Shown here piece by piece: positions 27,401 to 39,599 of a stretch of DNA of 64,000 nt (position 1 is the stretch's first letter; each line of letters opens with the position of its first letter). A program made the translations under genes and the position numbers. Source of the stretch: Oopsacas minuta (taxonomy: Eukaryota; Animalia; Porifera); NCBI GenBank assembly GCA_024704765.1, contig JAKMXF010000299.1, positions 1,154,863-1,218,862 of the forward strand, read 5' to 3'. The notes beneath the pieces are model-generated. The model made no database searches, was not told the DNA's origin, and saw nothing but the letters and a program-made list of their open reading frames with translations.

Positions 27401-27579
27401 GTGTTAAAAATTAGAAAATGTCAGTAATTACGTCATAACTAGGTTTATAGTCGTGCTACTAAATAATCATTGGTATTTTTGAAATCTACAGTGTCGATTT
27501 AGTATATGTAAGTATAATTGTGGCGATAATACAGATTCATTTACCTATTTCCCCATTATGGCCATTTTGCCACACTGTG
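24468..27579 (+). mobile_element. Complete RAG1-like (Transib/RAGL clade) transposon, 3112 bp, RAG2-less, with RSS-like asymmetric TIRs
   Basis: Left end CACAGTGtggcaatatGGGGAAATAGG (24468-24494); right end reverse complement CACAGTGtggcaaaatggccataatGGGGAAATAGG (27544-27579). Perfect 5-bp TSD CTTTA (24463-24467, 27580-27584). It interrupts a hAT reading frame that rejoins when the element is removed. Confidence 0.95.
25141..27273 (+). CDS. RAG1-like/Transib DDE transposase, intact, 710 aa from first ATG
   Basis: GLDGSG (D600-like, 25990), NSPFCFRPVAL (cf. NSELCCKPLCL), SLFDTKM (D708-like, 26302), CHLC zinc ligands, SPLHAYL, GGTSTTGNIAR (cf. MNGNFAR), SLHKLLAH (H937/H942-like), LSEECLESCNKFVRRYRE (E962-like, 27061). 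NBD-like segment RKHIL...RL...VDFLAERE. No stops or frameshifts. Confidence 0.93.
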   Translation: MSVLITNNEAYSLYISNGRSVTVSVRKLIENNHLSEEETATLHLKFKSLLTSREAYRRKDLETWDNMIFHSTHLTISNPRKRISLDPEFSLVTDSENRNFSEQIVTESRKHILECHMKTSRSRLGVLLEHVDFLAEREKIEPKQLLALALELVSNKSYDRDTSDMCREIIDKGSFSGVLNKVQISKCAYILDRLEIGASKYTNLKRILKGDVKLPSYKLVSQYRREISLINEMEIVRDPEALSIGTCVSYHSILSLTIQRLLSTLDPVPDSHYPLKIKISDGLDGSGCHQTYNQQSNNSALSTKTFILFGFKVISITDTLGNDVFYNSSPNSPFCFRPVALIALKEDYSSVKLIMNTIVNPQTDHIIQDGLSLIGGHAQVEIVRSLFDTKMAGLLDGAGGASCHLCTATDSQIKSLEWAHSGFPINRLISDARQLFEEVDEEDYLKLPSNQRVGITHQPTSNIDIIAASPLHAYLCVFRWFMLLIYHLDAGHKVWAPSNSKVNFSMKRVRAILQERCNFSVDIPSSQGGTSTTGNIARDCFLNKRDFLTWATSSINPSDKISLEKIQTNLSVLLRLLNSGDLINCDKMQELCKETYEFILIEYPWASITPSLHKLLAHSFQLIGAYNNGKGLQNLSEECLESCNKFVRRYRENLARKTSFTDNVRDILVRLLCCSDPILVQNRLMHAKKKRDVANSLQEILYNSILSDDL

Positions 27580-27761
27580 CTTTATCTTCTGTGATAGAAA
27601 ATCAACTTTTGGAAGAAATCGATGTGCAGTCTACGATTAGAGATTTCTCAAGTCGAAAAGCACGTCAAGTAACACGATGAAATATTGAAAATATTTTAGC
27701 TACCAAATACATTAAGGGTGTTTTGTTATATATTGAATTGTAAGGTAGGGGTAGGCGGCCT

Positions 27762-27801
27762 AATAATTTTGATGGGCCTACCTAGGCCCATCAAAATTAT
27801 T
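27762..27801. repeat. Perfect 19-bp palindromic hairpin (2-nt loop) in the hAT subterminal region
   Basis: aataattttgatgggccta-cc-taggcccatcaaaattatt. Confidence 0.9.
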
Positions 27802-29045
27802 CAGCTCCAGGCCAAATAGGCTGCTAATCCGGTCCTGAATATAGGCAACCATTTCAATACTGGGGCCACTATACTAGAGTATAGTCCGCACGGTAAACAG
27901 CAAATGAACTATATGATTTGTGAATAAGATGTTGACTATTACCGTTCTATTGGTATTAGAGCCTTAAAACTCATAATTCTTTAGTTATAGCCTCAACAAA
28001 CTTTGCTACACAGTATTGTGTTCACATTCCATTCATATCAACGATTTTTTCAAATTATATATTCACCTTTGTCTTTTATACAACTGTCTAGCATTAAATT
28101 TACTGAAAACATGGCGTAAATAGAACTTGAAAACCAGGACTTTTTCTCTCTCTAGAAATAGATTTTTCGATACCGCATAATGAGATATCATACTTTAGGC
28201 AATTTAAATGTGTACTTTGATACCATATTCTTATGTGCCACTAGTACATACACAAGCTCTATCTTACCTATTCTCCAGATATGTGGGGATAATACATTTT
28301 CAGTCGGCCTACTCGTTTTCAAGCCTCCTCAGGGACATATTTAGCGGCATATTAAATAGGCAATGGCATGCTGAGTACAGGTTACTCTTCGCCGAACTGA
28401 TTTGATTTTGGTGGTTATTTGATAGTGTACAAGTTTTATCCTGTATACCTGCGGACAAATACTCAAAAATATTCATTTTCATTTGCTATGAAACCTGAGA
28501 TTAATGTTCATAACGACCCGCTTTGTGTGATATTGTCCTACTGATAAAGACAGGGACAGCGCTAGCCCGCCGCTGTTGAGGCCTAATTCTTTCTTTATTG
28601 AGCTGACATTGCTTGCTTTTATTGGTTAATAATTATCTTAACAAATTACTAAATTTCTTAGTTTTACCTAGGTTATGAGTCAATGGGAGCACTCATCAGT
28701 AACAATACTCACTCTCTGACCGCACTTATCTTGCTCGGTAAATAACGCTAGTTGTTTATACGATACACTAGCCGGTCATAGACATTTCCAAACCACTAAT
28801 TTTCCGATTATTATTGGTACATACAATAATTCTGTGTGCAAATTCACGTAGTATGGAGATTAGTATCTGTAAAGGGCATTCCTTGGTAAGAAATAGCTCT
28901 TTTCTTAGAAAATATGATGCCACCTATTTCAAATATCAACTATTTTCGTATCACCTCTACTTACTTGATAGTTTGAATATATATTATATTCGTCGGCTGT
29001 ATTTATCCCATTTTCTAATCAATCCGAAACCGAATCCCACTATTT

Positions 29046-29780
29046 AACACTGGTCAAACTTTTTCTGGCCTCTAGCAATAATTAAGAAAAAGGTACCAAA
29101 AATTTCACACCTTTGAGAATAGAAAAGTTCTACACCTCTTTGATTTCTAGTTATTTTATTTTTGTTAGAGTGTTTTGCAAAGGGTAAATGAAAAATTTCA
29201 TTTTATTGCACTGTGTCATCTGTAATTAGCCTATTTTGATCTCTAGATTTATTGTTACACAATAGGTACTTCTAGTGTGTATATAATATGGATACATTGA
29301 ATATCTAGTTTAAGAATAGTTATTTATGTACTATATATTTATTAATGAAATCTTTTTTTAATAATCAATTGATGATTACTAGATATATTTCGATTGTTAC
29401 ACCCTTCAAATAATCTTAGAAGATTGGTCTAGACGGATAAATGAGGGTGATTTAATTCCCTGAATCCGAATTTCAACATTTGAACTTTGCTAGCTAAAGT
29501 TTCCTACAATATTTTCCTTTATTTTTATAAAATTTAGACTACCGATAATTATTGTAAACAATTTGGACCTTATATTGTCTCGGTAAGCATTATAACTCTT
29601 ACTTTTTATGGGGCGAGGAGAGTATATATATTTACAATCTATCCCGAAAGCTTAGTCTATTCATGACACTTGTTTAAAAAATGTGGCACTATTCTCGTAG
29701 AAGCTACCTATGCGTATTGAGATTAAACCTAACCTTTCATAATGCTTCCATTTAATAGTGCCACCATTTTCAACAAATTT
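29046..29780 (-). repeat. Inverted copy of the 20850-21610 repeat
   Basis: aacactggtcaaac, aataggtacttctagtgtgtatataatatggatacattgaat and ctgaatccgaattt are reverse complements of segments in 20850-21610. Confidence 0.7.
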
Positions 29781-31680
29781 ACTTTTTAGATTAAACTGTC
29801 CCTACAGATTTTTGTACTTTATTTATCTTGAATGTAAGGTCATTTTTCCAGGTTAATGAAAGTTCACCTTTCGGATGAGGGTATGTGGTTTTTGTATTAC
29901 AAATGTTGTACTATTTTATAGCTCATATGTGAATATATTGACAAATATGACTTGCTAATTGCAACAACATCATCTGCGATTCTCCTATCTTCAGTCAGTG
30001 TTGCAACATTGACAATGACATCTTTACTATCTCACTGGTTACCGACAATAATTCTTTTGTAAAACTATGACATCTAATAACCGCTTATTCCATAAGGCTT
30101 TTCTCGACGTCATAGGGGATTTATCTCCCTAATTGTGGGCAAAAGGTAGCGGTTCAAGGGAATTATGGGTACTTTTCCGTAGCAAATTGGACCATGTACA
30201 TCTTATAAATTGTTACATATACAACGTCAACCTTTTTTCTGACAAATTTATTGAGTCCTTTCAGAATATCGTGGAAACCAGTAAATTGTTTTCTGACTAA
30301 TTAGACCGCGAGCGCTTCTTGCTCATTCAAATATGGATCGCAGTTCACCTTCCACTTCAAATTCAGTATTGAACTTTGCTCCAGATACCACTCCTTTAAT
30401 GCTCTGGCATTCACCTATTTGGTTCATTTGTATTCAATTTACAGCAAACATGAAATTTCCAGTCACTGGTTAACGAGGCCTTATTCTCGAGGTTACCTTT
30501 ATTACCAAATTACTATTTCATGACTGGTCTTTTTACGATTCGATGTGAATTTTCATAATTGGGTGTTGTCTAGGGAAGTGGTTCCCAACCTTTTTACTCT
30601 GGTGACTCGTGATACTTAGAATTGAGGGCATTCGACTCCTTGTTTTAAAAAATTGCGATCACTTCATGAATAATTATATGATGAAATCTAATTATATGAG
30701 CACAACAATTTTGTAAAGAAATTATGTTTAAACTACCGTTGAACAAGTTGAAGCCCAGTACATACTTGCCAACCAGCCTGTAATCTCGCACTGTTACCAG
30801 ACCTCGAGGGATTTACTCAAATTATTGAAGGATTTCACTTAAATCTGGTCTATTTTGTTTTAAGATCTTTTAAATAATAATTACTATTATTGAATCTGAT
30901 CCTAAAAATATTAATTATCATTATGGAATCTGTCACTATACTTTAATGTAGTGCAAAGAGTTAAATTTTATCGAGTTTTTGGTCCCTACTCACCTGAATA
31001 TTCTCAGCGCTATGTGCCTCCAATTCATAGTATAGTTATAATTTTAAGATTTATTATCCATGGCCCGCGCCATTTGAGTGACTAAATGACAAATCAAATA
31101 TGGTAAATATCCAATTTGGATACCCTCTGTGTAGTTTTAAACAGGAGTACTTTGCCTCTGGAGGCTACTATCTATTTACCTCGCTGATATATTTAAGAAC
31201 ATTCTAGCATGTGAATTAATTCAATTTCACATTTCTTAGGAATTAGTATATCTAGTCAAGAGACAAAAAATCAATAAGTTTATACAAAAACAATTTTAAT
31301 CATTTACAGAGGAAATTTGTACTTGGTTGAGAATTTTCTTCGGGCTGCAATTTATTCTAAAAATAATCACATTCATATTTCGATATTTACACGAGTAATG
31401 TAGCAAACTATCTATAAGTTTTGGTCTAAAATAATATTTTGGAGAGAAATGCACATTCAAGCAGCCCACCAGGTACTACTCTGAAAATTACCCTAATTTA
31501 TACGTGACCTTCTAGACAGTTGGCAGTTATACACAGATGTGTTAATTTTACTTAATGTCCGTTCTAAATAGAGGTGGCTATTGAGACAAGTGGCTAGCAT
31601 TCGATAGACTTCGATTAAACGGATTAATTTAACACTATTTGAATGATTCTGTTTTGACCAATTGATCGTATTAAACAGGT

Positions 31681-32105
31681 CAGAGTTGCAAATGGGGAAC
31701 ATGAAGTGACTTATGACCCATGTGACCCATCCTGACCAATGATGTATTTGATTATTATAAGAAAAATATAATTTGTGTCTTTTGTTTACCACAATCATGA
31801 ATCCAAGTTGTTCATATATCCTTCTAGCACTATCGGACAGCTTTGATAGTCTCTGGCAACCTTGCATTACGTTGAGATATTATAATATGCCGAGCATTGA
31901 AGTCACTGAAGCTTTATTGATGAATGCATTTGCTATTAGTACCTAAAGAAATATGTGTATATTACTCACACTTTATGATATCCCAAACTTTCAGTATAAT
32001 GACCATGATTATCCACAGGCCACTCTAAAGTAATACCTCGTACGCATGTATTGTATATGTAATGATGAATAATACATGATGGTTCATGACCCATTTGCAG
32101 CCCTG
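31681..32105. mobile_element. hAT-type MITE (425 bp)
   Basis: TIRs cagagttgcaaatggg / cccatttgcagccctg; subterminal tgaccc repeats; degenerate 8-bp TSD aaacaggt / aactaggt. Confidence 0.6.
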
Positions 32106-35100
32106 AACTAGGTTGGCCCGATTAATCTGTCTCTTTATTAGGCGGAGTCTACTGCATTAGTTATTACAGTGAATGTAGTTATTGATTGCCATCAAAGGGA
32201 CTTGTCAAGGTTGACCTTATGAGAAGTACACGCTATATATAGTGCCTGTTGCATAAAGCTAGTAGCCATAATATAGAGTTAATGGCCGTTAAAGACATGT
32301 TTAGTGCCTCATAGGACCAAAGATTGTGGCTGCTTGCTGCAATACACTATCATGAGAACTTTATAATGGGAAATCGGAGGAGTTTTTTTACATGACCGTA
32401 ATGTGCGGATGATCATTATAAATAGGTGGTAGTCAAGCGTTAAGCAGGTATGACAATACCCAATTTCGGCTCTTTCTAAACAAAATTCATTGCCCATCAG
32501 TTTTCAGTCTGATATGGATTCTATCATTGAATATTTGCTGTTGATAAAACAGGAAATATTTAATGATAGTACAAAAGTGAGAACTAGCATTAAATATTTT
32601 GCTGTTTTTTCTATTTTCTTCCCTGAGAGTTTCGTACTACACCTATGGGAGATGCGACTCCCACGGCTCGCCCTGCCCAATTCCTTGCTTTCATTTCCTG
32701 TACATTGAAGTGCAATCCCTGCTTCATTATAGCCATTAAAATCTATTTAGATTAATTCTAATAAATTCAGAATAAATATTTTAGGTATATTTTGAGTGGT
32801 GGATCCGCGGGAGGGGGTTGGGATATATCTCCCCCACCAGGACAAATATGTATGATCTCTAATGATAATAGTATTGAAATATTATGTCAATATGCTAGAA
32901 TAGTAATTGGGCTTGTCTTCCTAACCAAGTCCTATATGCAAAGGGTTTTCTGAGCGACTTCGGAGGCTTACAGTTGTCAATTTATCCCTCCCTCTAACAA
33001 ATCCTTTACCTAACACTGAGAGAGGATTATTGTTGTACTGTTTCAGTTTAGCTTGATTCTTTTGAAAGCGAATGCAATTCGCCACTTAAAATAATCATCT
33101 TTAACGTCCCAGGCAAAAAATACCTTTCCCAAGTTGGATATTTGTAGCGGGCACATTGATGCTAAAATATACTAGTGGATTTCTCTTAGAAGGCTAGGGA
33201 TATCATCGATTTTGCTAATGAGAACTTGCTTTTCACCAGAAAACTTCACCTTGTCCTTGTATCAAGGTATTTAGATACTTTCGTGCCCTTTCCCTTTAGT
33301 CTCACACACCCCTTTTCGGCATCTATTGTACCCAAGTGGAACGGAATATGATAAATATTTTCGTATACTAATAATTAGTTAAGATGAAGTGTTCTAAGTT
33401 GTTTTATATAAGTATTAATTCCTACATATATTTGAATTACATTGCGACTTGGATGATACTTATCTCGAGTTTATTTTTATAGATCAGATCGGAAATAACT
33501 CAATTTCAGATCTTCACTGCAACATTTCCGCATCGCTTTGATGTTGCATGATCTAACTGAAACTATATATGTAAAAGTGTGCTCATGACTTGAATAGTAG
33601 AATGATCAAGCATTCGGGGATTCAAATTTGCTGAGAGTCTATTTCTGTCGTGAAACATGGATATTTGTCAGAAATTGACTCCCTGGGCCAAATCTACAGC
33701 CGGTCTATATAACGCGTGCTTACTAAGAAATTAACATTGAAACATATATGCAGAATACATATCAAATTCCTCAAGCACTATATGTCTTCTAGAGAAATTA
33801 TAAGAATTTTCAAAATCTACTGAGAATTCCCATAAACCAGACTTGAAGGAGTGAAATTGATGTTATTATCGGAATCAATAGATATGATGGACCCTTGTCG
33901 AATTTATTCTTCTGTAAAATATTTACCGTTCAACAGTGTACCCTAAAGATGCTCTCAATTAATTACAAATTATTTTATATCTTTTGTGTTTTCGATGTGA
34001 GATATATTGATTTCAGGAGTATGGATTTCTAAAGTGTTATTCATTAATCTTTAGAAATTTTTTGATTGTCAAATTTTCTTAGAATACAGGTTATCGAAGA
34101 AACAAATTCTTGTTAAATGGTTGTATTATTGTGAATTCCAAGGTTTTTGTTCTGTATATAATTACCTTGCACCCTTTCATTGCTATTAGAAATTATCTTC
34201 CAGCCCAGGTGTCATCTTTTCCATACTATCATATTCTTCTGATCCAGTGGGTCTCAAAGTGTGCCGTAGAGTGCCCTAGGAGGCGTTGGAAGCATACTTG
34301 CGGGCGGCGATACCTTAAGGTGGCTCCACTGGGATTTTTACGAAATATCCAGAATGGTCGAACCATAAGTTATAACAGAATATTTTTAGATGAATATCCA
34401 ATAGTCATTGTTAATCAACAACAATTAATGTAAACGAAGTGCCCATAGTATACGATGATTATATCAACTGCTAAGAATTGAATATGGCTTAAAAGAATAT
34501 GTTCTAGAAGAATGTTCAGTCTGAATCTGGATGTTTGAAGATTGCAATCAAGAAAATGCTTTCTGGAACCATGCACTACTTCTTCAGAGAAATTTCGAGT
34601 TGCTGAAATAGAATCTTTATGAAAGGTTCTATTCCAGGATTGAGTGAAATTTTCTCATTTCTCGGATTAGAAGTTGGTAGAGGAAGAGTATATGAATGGA
34701 AGGTCGACTTCTCCCACGTCTCAAGATCACTCTTCTTCAGGTAATACTCTCTTGATGAGCTAAGGAACTTAAACTTATATAGAATATCATCATGTTCTCC
34801 ATGTGAAATATTTTTATCATTTTTTAGGAAACTGAACAGTTGCTTTAGGATTTTGCCCTTGAAATTTAGACAATATATGCTTCATTGTTGTCCCCAAAGA
34901 GGCCATTACTTCACTAGGAGCTATTATTAGATTTAAATGATTGAAAATATTTTCATGTATCATCTAAATTTACATGAGGACAACAAGAATAAATAGTATT
35001 TACTTGAATTTCAAGATATTCTAAAAACATATTTCCGATTTTCGTCCGATCCAAGCATTGATGTACTCACAAATATATTTGTGCGCCCGGTAGCGTCTGA

Positions 35101-35589
35101 AAATGGGTGCAAAATTTCAAAAATGTGAGCACTACGTATAAGCTCTTTACAATAAATTATCTTCCTCTTTTGTCACCTGAAAGATGCAGAACTCCAAACA
35201 GTAAATTAGAACTAAAATATTTCCCTCCAGGCCATCAAAACTAGACAGCCAAACAAATATTTTGGAAAAAATAATGATTATAAATGTTGTATAAACTGAT
35301 CTAATATAAGAAATAATCAAATTGATGATTAACTACAAACATAATACAGTATATATTGGGAACAAAATCGTTGCTAAGGTAGTAGGTATTTACAAATGCT
35401 GTTAGCTATTTTAAATATTCTGAATTATGCTTACTTTTGCTCGCCGTATTTAAATCCATATAGGTCATACATGCAGTAATCAATATTGTCCTACTAACTC
35501 AACGATAGAGATTCACAATAACGTAGTTAAATTCGTAATTGAATTTTGCCCCTTACGTCATACACTATGTATTTCATACGTGAAATGCA

Positions 35590-36225
35590 CCGTTACTGAA
35601 CTTTTTGATATTCACTGCGTATTTCAATGTGAACATTTGGTCGCTAAACATTTTGGCGTCCCCTTGCATGACTCATTAACTATATTCATTACTGTTGTAA
35701 ACAAGATTAAATCCACGGCGCCCAATGACAAGATATTCATCAACTTTGTCATGAAAATGAAACTGAATTCGAACGTCTTCTTTTCCATACCAAAGTTAGA
35801 AGGCTCCTCAGGCAAATTGTCTCTGTCGATTCTTGTTTTTTTAGGTACTATTGTTGAATTTTTGGAGGTATCGAACCCGCAACTAATTAACGATGTTCTA
35901 ACATTAAATCTTTTTTTCTTATCGTTATAAAGCAAGTTTTACACTAATGGGTAATGAGCAATTTTGGCCAGCATTCTTCAAACGTAGTCAATACGCACAC
36001 AACATTATGGGACAGGGGGCCAACTTGCTAACTTTGGCTTTCGCTACATCATATTTAGTGAAAGAAGGATCCAGTGCTATAGTTCTATCGGTAACCAAAT
36101 AAAGACATTGACTTAACATGTCACAAAGTGGATATTTAAGATTGCTGCTCACAAATATGAAACCATAAGTGAAAAGTCTCATCAAGAAGCAACATACACA
36201 AGTGCACTCTAATCTTCGCACTAAG
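35590..36225 (+). pseudogene. Buster/ZBED5-like hAT transposase remnant, internally deleted
   Basis: IHCVFQCEHLVAK...LHDSL...VVNKIKS, then dimerization-domain-like FATSYLVKEGSSA...GYLRLLLT. Confidence 0.65.
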
Positions 36226-37732
36226 TATTCTAAATCTACTTGATACTAGTGACAAAATATTAGAATTTCATTGGTTGGGCGGAGGGAGGCGATGAAAGGT
36301 AGAATAATCTGAAGACCAATTATCTAAACATTGCTAAGTGTCCCATTTATATAATTTTTGATTCCATAAACATTAGACAATTTGATCATAAATTATCAAA
36401 CTTTTACAATAGTTACAAATGTGCCACTATGCGACCCGGGCCTAAATTCTTGTACGAGCTGTGGCGCTTGCAAAACAGGTAGAATACCCTGGCATCTACA
36501 TTAATTTGGTTAGTAAAGTATTCTCAAAAACTATATGGCATAGAAAATATTTGTGTTTAGATTGTCACCGTTAATAACGGGAGATCAGAAGTTTTGCTAC
36601 AAGCTTGCGGTCCGCATAGATCATGTAGGTCAAGTTTGATTTTCCGGTCACGTTTGCTCATGCCACTTTGTCAGATTGTATGAGCCAGTCTTCTCCTTTT
36701 TCCACAAGTACCAAATTATTAGTCATTTTCCTTCTTTGCGAAAATCCATTGGTTAAAATGTAGCCTATACAAATGAAACTTTATACTAAAGGATATGCTA
36801 GTAGAGTAAAGATTATATTGTATAGTAGTTGGGCAATCAAGTTAGGCTTGTAATCTGCTTTTAGGCTTAGAGCTGTATTACTAGAATATGAATTCGATAC
36901 ATTAGTCTCATTTCTTATTGAAGGGGGCGCTGCATTAGGTCGAATTTCATATGTATGCATTAGGTTGAATTAAAATTTTGCGATATATCGAATTTATTTT
37001 AGCTATATTGTCGATAGATCGATATAGAAGATGGATTTATAGAAACGAGGACATGATAGGACATTTTATTGTATTAATTATAAACCCGTACCATTGGGAA
37101 GGGATTAGGGAGTTTGTTCACTACCTTATTGGTCTGGAAGTTTTCATTTGCACTTTGTTTAGCTACCTAGGGGCGGGGATGTGGAATCCATGTTAATTTT
37201 GAGTTTGGATTGAGCTTTCTAGGATTAATTATTCGATAACTTTGCACAATGTAGGATCTAGTCAAATATGGCCATATTTGGACTCCCTTGTTTGTGTATG
37301 ATCACTTAGGTCATTTTGGTGAATTGCTTATGGAAAAGTTATTTAGAATATGCGAAATCAATGGTTACCATGTTCAATGTGAGAAATGTCTAAATACTAA
37401 CTTCCAAAGTATTAAATACACACAAATGAATTATAATTCTTTTGAGTATACTCTTGACTGTTACCTAACTACTGCTTATGTAAGTTTAAGAGCCATAACA
37501 CTCATAGTTTTTTAATTATAGCTTGAACACAAGTAATACTATTTACTTATCTAACATAGGAATGTGTTCACATACCATTCGTGCCAACTATTGGTTTCAA
37601 ACTTTACTAGCTTCTGTCATTATATACAGTCTGTTACTTCTATGTCTAGAATTTTGTTTTTTGCTGAGGAATAATTGAAATACCTGATATCTAGAAAATA
37701 ATCACTTTATTCTGTGAATAAATAATTGATAA

Positions 37733-38705
37733 TCAATATTTAATGGGATATCCATTGTTATCAATAGCCATTTGGCACCTTCATGTCATGGATTCTTTGT
37801 AAGGTCGCAAAAAAGTTGGATCGATTCGATTCCATAAGCCTTCTAACTTTTCTTTTAGTTCTGGAATGCTGCTGGGGCCTAGTTTAATCAGCTCCTGCTT
37901 TACCCATCCAAATAAATTTTCGATAGGGTTGAGGTCTGGACTTAGTGAAGGTCAAGGAATTTGTTTGGGGACATTCTGTGAGAGCCAAACCTTGACCTTC
38001 CGTGAGGTGTGTTTAGGATCATTATCCATGACCAATCCCCAATTATTTTCATGAAATACATTTGCCTGAGCTATCAAATTACCCTCCATTATCTGTAAGA
38101 ACAATTCACTATCAATATTCTGTGTAAAATGTACAGTGGAAATGTGCCCATGGATGAAAAAGCAGCCCACGCGTGAATCTTGTGGACATGTTTGGTTGTT
38201 GGAACGAATCTTTTTTTGTTGGATTTTGCCACATCCTTATTCTCCCTCTCGATAACCAGATCGACATCTCGTCAAGGAATACAGTGTTCACCCATTCCTT
38301 TTTAGGACACTTGTGCTTCTTGGCCCATCTTATGCGGTATAAACGGTTCTTTTCGCTAAGCATGGGGGTTTTAGTTGGATAGGGTTTGGTGTAAGACTGG
38401 TCTTTCAACATGTGTTGTACCGTCTGGTAAGATGTCATATAAGGAGCCCGACTTGCTAGTGTTCGAAGGGAAAATAGGGCTTACATCTCACCTGTTGTAT
38501 GACCAAGTGCTTGATAGCGGATCGTAAGGTATTGGGCCTTCTTGCTCCCTTTTTGTGAGAGATCTCTCCACCAGCATGCAACTGGGCGTTTACATTGTAG
38601 ACCTTCACCCAAAGAGATTCCAACATTTTTGGAAATTTGTTTGGGACTAAGCTGTTTTGATTGTAATAAGATATTTATCATTTCTCTCTTCACAATTTGA
38701 GTCAT
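37733..38705 (-). pseudogene. Tc1-like transposase pseudogene, related to the 10586-11915 element; TIRs not resolved
   Basis: HTH MTQIVKREMINILLQ..., WVNTVFLDEMS, LVMDNDPKHTSRKVKVWL and PSLSPDLNPIENLFG, with frameshifts and stops. Confidence 0.85.
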
Positions 38706-39292
38706 TATCTGCTCTAATATTCAAGTGACTGTAAAAATACAATCATGTTATGAATTTAAGGTGAAAATTACATTAATGACGTCAAACATTTTTGTATACG
38801 ACTCCTAAAACACCAAAATGAAAGTCGTTTAAGCAAATATCGTTAGACATAGGTAAAAATAGTTAAAACTTTATAATGCATCAATCGGAAGCATGATATT
38901 TGAATATACTTCAGAATTATGTGGGTTACAATAACGATTCACAATTCCAAATAATTATGTAATAGACTGTAAACTGTCCATCGTTAAATACACTGCTAAC
39001 ATCGTTACTGTTTGTATAGCAGCATCCTTCGATCTAAAAATGGTTTTTGCTAAACTGCATGTTGAGAGATAATATTTTGGATAATTGAATTGCAGATCTT
39101 GTTATTCCTATAGGTTACTAATACATACTTAAACTCTATTATACATATTTCTCGAGATATAACTTATAATAACATTCTACTCGTCCTTCTTTATTTCAGC
39201 CCTTTAAAGTGAGATATACGGCCGTTTTTCGTAGCCATTGCGGGCTCTATTGTGTTCAAATTTTCATGTTCTAATTTCTTTTTTCTTTTTAG

Positions 39293-39599
39293 CTATGTTT
39301 CTGAGATATTGTCTATATTACAGAATCCCCGCATCGAAGAAATTCTTATCCTCCAACCTTTCACTACTATTATACACTTTGTTGTATGTTTATATACATG
39401 GCTCGAGAATTTGTTGTTGACTGAACTGATTGCTCGAATTCTTTCTTATATTTTTAATTCGCATCATATTTCAATCTATTCCAACAATGACTATTTTTCT
39501 GATATAGATGTATTATATTCTGGTATACTTTCACGAATGTTTAAAATTAGAGACCTTATTGGTTTTAATTCATTTGCGGTTTTGACTTTTCTTGACTGA
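39293..39599 (+). CDS. WDR3: WDR3 exon 3 (Utp12 C-terminal domain), terminal coding exon
   Basis: YVSEILSILQNPRIEEILILQPF...TELIARIL...IRDLIGFN aligns by eye with WDR3 YVLEIF...LEESLLVLPF...VELICRCL...VRDVIGFN. Strong acceptor, phase 2, stop TGA at 39597-39599. Confidence 0.85.

Larger units (their letters stand above)
21762..27837 (+). mobile_element. ZMYM1-like hAT transposon (decayed), host of RAG1-like element 1
   Basis: Perfect 8-bp TSD AATATAGG (21754-21761, 27838-27845). TIRs cagggttggatta / taatccggtcctg. Motifs RNWLCYSVESGKLYCAIC, KMLSSRGLSFRG, SISVDSTPDFSH and CCAHSLNL. The dimerization domain TNCSGERSFS...QNRLNAL resumes after the insertion as IENQLLEEID...DFSSRKAR. Confidence 0.93.
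19628..39292 (+). other. WDR3: WDR3 intron 2 (19,665 nt), contains the hAT/RAG1-like nest
   Basis: GTAATT donor; branch-like ttctaat and ttttttctttttAG acceptor ending at 39292. Confidence 0.7.

Noticed and set aside
29860-30560. Possible Gypsy/LINE remnants (also 46250-46900 and 18660-19300)
   Set aside because: Only faint motif resemblance, with no consistent RT or integrase signature readable by eye.
30577-30600. Buster-like terminus aagtggttcccaacc (also cagtggtttcc near 20673)
   Set aside because: No matching opposite end or TSD was found, so no element boundaries could be called.
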